Source: a virus
DNA length: 64,000 nucleotides
Strand: one strand, 5' to 3'
IMG/VR virus record: IMGVR_UViG_3300036399_001571
Coordinates: 64,001 to 128,000 of that record
Below, piece after piece: positions 59,809-64,000 of this stretch (position 1 is its first letter; the number at the start of each line of letters is the position of its first letter). A model generated the notes under the pieces. That model was not told the origin of the DNA. It was given only the letters and a program-made list of their open reading frames with translations, and ran no database searches. The position numbers were made by a program, and so were the translations under genes.

Positions 59809-60591
59809 TTACTTAGTGACGGTGCGCTTCTTTGGTGACTTCTTAGTGACTTGCTTCTTTGGGGCGGTGCGCTTGCTCACTGTCACTGATTTGTTTGGCG
59901 TGGGTAGCACTGTCACGGTAATCGCTCTAGCACTCTCAACCACTAGCACTGTCGTTGTTGTCGTTGTCGTAGGTGCTTCGGTAATCACTGGCTCACTCTC
60001 AACCACTGTCACTGGCTCACTGTCTGCTACTGCTTCGGCTGTCTCGGATACAGGGACTGTCGTAGTCGTGGGTGCGATAGTCGTTGTCGTAGTCGTAGGG
60101 GCGAGGGTAGTCGTAGTCGTAGTCGTGGTCGTAGGTGCTTCGCTCACGGCTTCATTACAACTAACTGAACAGTCGCCATTGGTGACTACTGGATTACTAC
60201 TAGCACCAACCAACTGATAGACGGCACTACGAGCGAGGGCGGTATCTATTCCGTCACGCCATAGGGCGAGCATAAAGTTAGGGCGATAGCCGTTGCCACC
60301 TGAACCGTGACCAATACCAACTCCGACATATTCGCACACTGCGAACCATTGGTGCGCTTTCGCTATCGCCTTACCTAGTGCGCTATGACCACCATTGGAA
60401 TAGGTAACTAATCTCTCAAATGCTTCAGTGCCTATCTCGGTGTCAATAATCGTTATGACTGTCGGTTGCTGTGACGAGGGTGCTTCTCTCGGCTCACTAC
60501 ACTCACTTGCTCTCGCTTCGGTGATAGTGACAAGGGGTAGCGATAGCGATAGGGCTAGGGCTAATGCGATAAAGGTTCGTGCTTGCTTCAT
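59809..60591 (-). CDS. Secreted protein with poly-Thr linker and basic tail
   Basis: Signal peptide MKQARTFIALALAL; TTTTT runs; K-rich C-terminus. Confidence 0.55.
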   Translation of the reverse strand: MKQARTFIALALALSLSLPLVTITEARASECSEPREAPSSQQPTVITIIDTEIGTEAFERLVTYSNGGHSALGKAIAKAHQWFAVCEYVGVGIGHGSGGNGYRPNFMLALWRDGIDTALARSAVYQLVGASSNPVVTNGDCSVSCNEAVSEAPTTTTTTTTTLAPTTTTTTIAPTTTTVPVSETAEAVADSEPVTVVESEPVITEAPTTTTTTTVLVVESARAITVTVLPTPNKSVTVSKRTAPKKQVTKKSPKKRTVTK

Positions 60592-60649
60592 AGTAACTCT
60601 CTCTCGGTATGGGCTACCCGTAAGGCTACCCGTAGGCATTGGAATTTTT

Positions 60650-61006
60650 TCACTTTTTTTCGCTTATCCACTCACCACCACTGGCGAACACTGTCTCTCC
60701 CTCATTGGTGAAACTCCAAGCGTAATCGCAACAAGGCTTTTGCTCATAGGGGCTAGGGTGTGCGCCTTTCTCTAGCGACTTCGCTAGTAGTGGGAATGTC
60801 TCTAGTAACTTGACGATACAAGCGTGGCAGATATTCCACGACTTAGGTTCACTATCAGACATTAGAAACTCAAGGTTGTCGGTGAAACCACCATAGAAAC
60901 CAAATGCTTCATAGGGTAAGCACCAACCACTGTCTAGTGTTGTTGCTGTCGGGTGACTTACGAGCTTGACTTCATCACAAGCGTCACACTTCACTGCGTT
61001 GCTCAT
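60650..61006 (-). CDS. Cys-rich hypothetical protein
   Basis: CDAC, CHAC. Confidence 0.5.
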   Translation of the reverse strand: MSNAVKCDACDEVKLVSHPTATTLDSGWCLPYEAFGFYGGFTDNLEFLMSDSEPKSWNICHACIVKLLETFPLLAKSLEKGAHPSPYEQKPCCDYAWSFTNEGETVFASGGEWISEKK

Positions 61007-61296
61007 AGTGCGTACTCTCCACGCTTACGGCGATAGTGCGATACAAAGTCATCACTGTCGTAGTCACAAGGCGTCCACACTATGTCGGCTTCGCTAAAGG
61101 TATCGTCAAGGTGTAAGCGAACTACTACATAGTCAAATGCGTCATAGGCGTTGTATGCGATAAACCTCATACAGCCTACGAGGGTAGAACGGTGTTCGTA
61201 GTGACTAGGTAAGTCATAGCGACACATACTCCAAGCGTCACCATAAGAGGGACACTCAACCACTGCGTACCTGCGTCTATCTTTCTCAATAGTCAT
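61003..61296 (-). CDS. Hypothetical protein
   Basis: After promoter 61317; ATG lies close to the -10. Confidence 0.5.
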   Translation of the reverse strand: MTIEKDRRRYAVVECPSYGDAWSMCRYDLPSHYEHRSTLVGCMRFIAYNAYDAFDYVVVRLHLDDTFSEADIVWTPCDYDSDDFVSHYRRKRGEYAL

Positions 61297-61337
61297 AGTG
61301 TAAGCGTAGGGTAGGTGATATCAGAATTACTAAATGG

Positions 61338-61422
61338 GGTAAGCAAGTAGGTAAGAGTAAGCAACGAGGTAAGCGAGTAGGTAGGTAAGCGAGTAAGTAA
61401 GTAGGTAGGTAAGTAGGTAGGT
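61338..61422. repeat. Low-complexity GTAG/GTAA tetramer tract
   Basis: gtaagcaagtaggtaagagtaagc...gtaagtaagtaggtaggtaagtaggtaggt. Confidence 0.75.
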
Positions 61423-61538
61423 GTTACCCGTATGCTACCCGTGTGCCTTGCGTTAGTCATACTCTCTCAACTTCAGTGCGAAATAGATAAGGGCGATACT
61501 TGCTAGGCAGAATAACTCAAGCACTGTCTCACCACTCA

Positions 61539-61739
61539 TTAGTCATTGCCTTGCGTATCGTTGCTATCCACTGCGTAGTCACTGCTGTCAAGCGTGAACT
61601 TAGGCATAACGAATAGCGTGTTGCCTATGCTGTATGCGTTACGGCTTGCGTTGTAAATTGCGTCAGGGAATAAGCGAACTAAGTCAATTGCTTTCAGTGG
61701 CGTATCGCTTAGGTGAACTATGTTGCGTATTCGTGCCAT
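61539..61739 (-). CDS. Hypothetical protein
   Basis: Start MARIR. Confidence 0.4.
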   Translation of the reverse strand: MARIRNIVHLSDTPLKAIDLVRLFPDAIYNASRNAYSIGNTLFVMPKFTLDSSDYAVDSNDTQGND

Positions 61740-61752
61740 TGTCGTTGTCGCT

Positions 61753-61977
61753 TTACTTCGTACTAGCGACTGCGTGTGCGTAATAAATATCGTCACACCA
61801 CTCTGCCAACTTCACTAAGTCGGCGACTAACGAACCTTGCGAGTTGAGCAACCCACGCAACCCATCAGGCAATGTTTGTGAATTGCTGTCACCACTGCGT
61901 GTTGTGTTGTGTATCGCCGTGATTAGGTCGCTAGCAATTTTTGCTATGTCACCAAAGTCGTTTGCGTTGTATACCAT
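61753..61977 (-). CDS. Hypothetical protein
   Basis: Start MVYNA after promoter 62020. Confidence 0.5.
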   Translation of the reverse strand: MVYNANDFGDIAKIASDLITAIHNTTRSGDSNSQTLPDGLRGLLNSQGSLVADLVKLAEWCDDIYYAHAVASTK

Positions 61978-62066
61978 AATGCCCCCTTGTGTAGTAGTTA
62001 CGGTAAGCATAGCGTATGCGATATCAGATTTACAAAACGCCTTCCAGAGTGGTAGGCGGGGCTCTT

Positions 62067-62080
62067 CGAACACCTGTTCG
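62067..62080. promoter_or_regulatory. LexA-like SOS box (T)CGAACACCTGTTCG
   Basis: Perfect core, about 30 nt upstream of the -35 of promoter 62020. Confidence 0.6.
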
Positions 62081-62135
62081 CCCTTGGTGGGCACCCGTAT
62101 TCCAAATTTTTCACTTCACCGTATTTCAACTAGAT

Positions 62136-62768
62136 TTATCTAAAGCGGCTCTTAGAGGTCTTCTTCTTGCCTTTTGCTGCCTGGTAGGCCTCCATGTCGT
62201 CTATCGGCGTCACAAGCTCTCCTATGTTCGTCCAGTCCGCCTTCTCGCCTAAGTGCATGACCGCTGTCTTGACTTCCCAGCGCATCTCAGCATCGAATGC
62301 AATGTCTAATAGTTTGATATGCAGCTTGTTGAGGTCGTATATGGTCATCGGTGATGAGTCGCCATACCTGAAGTGTTCTCTGAGTGCTGCAGATAGCTCT
62401 GCGTAGTTTCCGTCAACATGAATGATGTCTTCAGGCTTTGTGATGTTTGTAGCTATGTAGCCATATGGCTCTTCCATCAAATTGAGAAACGTCCGCATGA
62501 GTTCTCTCATTTTTTGAGTCCCAAAACCGGCTTCTTCTAACTGTCCAAGGAGTAGAACAATGAAGCATCCTTCATAGGTGAAGCTTCTGTCATAGCCTGA
62601 GACACCTGTCTGTATGTAGGCGGGGGGGATAAACCCTTCTTTAATCCAGTTATCGAAAGTCTTGTACTGAGTTTCGGTGTAAAAGGAGAGCTCTTGCAGT
62701 GTGAGTGTAAGAGTTTGTTTCTTTTGTAGATGGAGAGCTTTGATTCTCTCTGTGTCCATAAGTGCCAT
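62136..62768 (-). CDS. MerR-like HTH regulator
   Basis: LTLQELSFYTETQYKTFDNWIKEGFIPP...RSFTY...LLGQLEEAGFG. Confidence 0.6.
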   Translation of the reverse strand: MALMDTERIKALHLQKKQTLTLTLQELSFYTETQYKTFDNWIKEGFIPPAYIQTGVSGYDRSFTYEGCFIVLLLGQLEEAGFGTQKMRELMRTFLNLMEEPYGYIATNITKPEDIIHVDGNYAELSAALREHFRYGDSSPMTIYDLNKLHIKLLDIAFDAEMRWEVKTAVMHLGEKADWTNIGELVTPIDDMEAYQAAKGKKKTSKSRFR

Positions 62769-62965
62769 TGTGTTGTTCCTCTAGGTGTAAATATAACAGA
62801 AGACGTGGCAAACCAGGATAAATTTAACTGAAAGTTGGCGCGCCGTTTTTCTCAGTTTCGTTATGCGTGGTAGCTACAAAATATATAACAGCTTGCTATT
62901 GCTGTTTAAATTTATCCAATAGAGGGCCAAAAATAAAAAAATCGCGGGGAAACCCGTCGCCTAGA

Positions 62966-63355
62966 TTACAAGTCCCCGCCGTTTCGTTTTAATTTATCCA
63001 GAACTCTGAACTCAGCAAGCGATTTTGACTTGTATCCATTTGCTGTCATTCTGGCGTTCATGGCGTCGTGTTCTTGTTTCTTTCTTGTTTGTCCTGTGAG
63101 CTGGAGAACGTGCTGTCCATAGAGCGTGATTCTGTATTTCTCTTGTCCTTTTGACCCTGTCTCTTCCAGACAGCCGCTTCTTGCCAGATGCTTGAAAGAC
63201 TCCTCAACATGATTGATGTAGTCCTTCCTGTTGAGTTGGAAGCTCCGGTAATCAGCACGAGTGAACCAGCCTTTTTTCATCTTTGCATAACACATGACAA
63301 CATAGGCCTGGCTGCCCTGTTTGATTGGCTTTCTATTTGGGATTTGATTTGTCAT
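62966..63355 (-). CDS. Hypothetical wHTH-like protein
   Basis: LARSGCLEE...YRITLYG. Confidence 0.5.
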   Translation of the reverse strand: MTNQIPNRKPIKQGSQAYVVMCYAKMKKGWFTRADYRSFQLNRKDYINHVEESFKHLARSGCLEETGSKGQEKYRITLYGQHVLQLTGQTRKKQEHDAMNARMTANGYKSKSLAEFRVLDKLKRNGGDL

Positions 63356-63357
63356 AT

Positions 63358-63669
63358 TTAGTCTTTTTTGGTTCCTTGCCAGCTCAGTGAGTTGATGATT
63401 CTCGACTCCTCATGCAGTGCCATTGCGTACTCCCCAATGACGGTGCCCGTAGAATCGTCCACAATCGCATTGTGGAGCCTTGTAGCGAGCCCTTTCCATA
63501 GTTCTATTAGTTCTGCCGCATTTGTGGCGTCATCATGCATTACGCACTTGCTCACAGGGTTTCGTATCTTCTCCAAAAACTCTGGGTAATCAACTTTTGC
63601 CTTTGGTTTTACCTTTTTTGCCATTCCGATTGACTTTCCGGTGGCTGTAACTACTTTTGGTTCCGTCAT
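63358..63669 (-). CDS. Hypothetical protein
   Basis: ORF track. Confidence 0.45.
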   Translation of the reverse strand: MTEPKVVTATGKSIGMAKKVKPKAKVDYPEFLEKIRNPVSKCVMHDDATNAAELIELWKGLATRLHNAIVDDSTGTVIGEYAMALHEESRIINSLSWQGTKKD

Positions 63670-63716
63670 GGACCAGAGCGTATCTATTTTTTGGTTTTTA
63701 ACAACCTAAATTTGAA

Positions 63717-64000
63717 TTAATCATACTTTGAGCCAGATTTCCGGTGCGCCCATAGGCCGTGGAAAAAGCGTTGTTCAGGCCTGAATCCGCCAAGTACGGC
63801 GTGTGCCATGAGGAACAGGTCAACAACGATTACATCGCCCTCATTCCACTCGTGAACCTGTCGAATATCCTCGTTGTTGTGTATTTGTTTTGTAAAGAAC
63901 AATGACAACTCAAGAAATCGTGCATCTTCGTAATCTGAAGGCCGCCTTCCATCAAAGCTGTGCAAGTAATAGGTCTCTCTATCGTATTTAAAAAGGGCGC
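63717..64000 (-). CDS. TauD/TfdA-like Fe(II)/2OG dioxygenase, C-terminal part (starts outside the window)
   Basis: HEWNEGDVIVVDLFLMAH matches the TauD H-x-W-x-x-G-D...D...H motif. Confidence 0.6.
   Translation of the reverse strand, partial: ALFKYDRETYYLHSFDGRRPSDYEDARFLELSLFFTKQIHNNEDIRQVHEWNEGDVIVVDLFLMAHAVLGGFRPEQRFFHGLWAHRKSGSKYD

Larger units (their letters stand above)
58948..61442. repeat. Four paired direct repeats ACCCGTA-N4-5-ACCCGT(AGGCA)
   Basis: At 58948, 59687, 60615 and 61425, all intergenic or just upstream of genes, same orientation. Confidence 0.7.
34797..62037. promoter_or_regulatory. About 30 copies of a conserved sigma70-type promoter TTGTAA-ATCTGATATC-N8-TAnnnT
   Basis: Minus-oriented copies (GATATCAGATTTACAA on +) start at 34797, 34855, 35754, 37250, 38507, 39067, 40468, 41366, 42118, 43122, 43764, 44488, 45109, 45765, 45996, 46441, 46686, 47250, 47719, 49116, 49815, 50337, 50700, 51194, 52468, 52881, 61317, 62020; plus-oriented at 52932 and 56689. 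Each has TAnnnT exactly 18 nt after the -35 hexamer and points into a same-strand gene. Confidence 0.9.

Noticed and set aside
34797-62037. CRISPR array interpretation of the repeated 16-mer
   Set aside because: Spacing is irregular (58 nt to several kb), the intervening DNA encodes genes, the repeat carries a fixed -10 box, and no cas genes are seen.
1-64000. Alternative genetic code (stop-codon reassignment)
   Set aside because: Long genes are intact under code 11 and end in TAA, TAG and TGA; coding density is high.

Overview
The window looks like part of a large tailed-phage genome, most likely infecting Actinobacteria (two WhiB genes, VanY-type endolysin, r1t-like holin, actinobacterial-type LexA boxes). 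The host is inferred, not shown. Layout: (i) 1-7.7 kb, minus-strand virion/tail-fibre genes and a holin; (ii) 7.7-21.5 kb, glycosylation/methylation cluster, peroxidase, a 1335-aa membrane-anchored surface protein and a lysis region; (iii) 22-34.7 kb, regulators, phosphoesterase, Ntn protease, HNH, WhiB, replication initiator/loader and a MoxR-vWA pair; (iv) 34.8-62 kb, a long array of small, mostly unknown genes. The main signal is in region (iv). It is built from about 30 near-identical promoter cassettes (TTGTAA-ATCTGATATC-N8-TAnnnT), usually with a conserved ACTACTA/AAAGG leader and an upstream AGCCCCG...CGGGGCT inverted repeat with variable loop. It also holds five LexA-like SOS boxes, two perfect parS palindromes, a polarised TTCCRCCACCGTCA motif and tandem ACCCGTA repeats. 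Motif counts and coordinates were read by eye (about +/-2 nt). Product calls come from recognised sequence motifs; no database searches were run.
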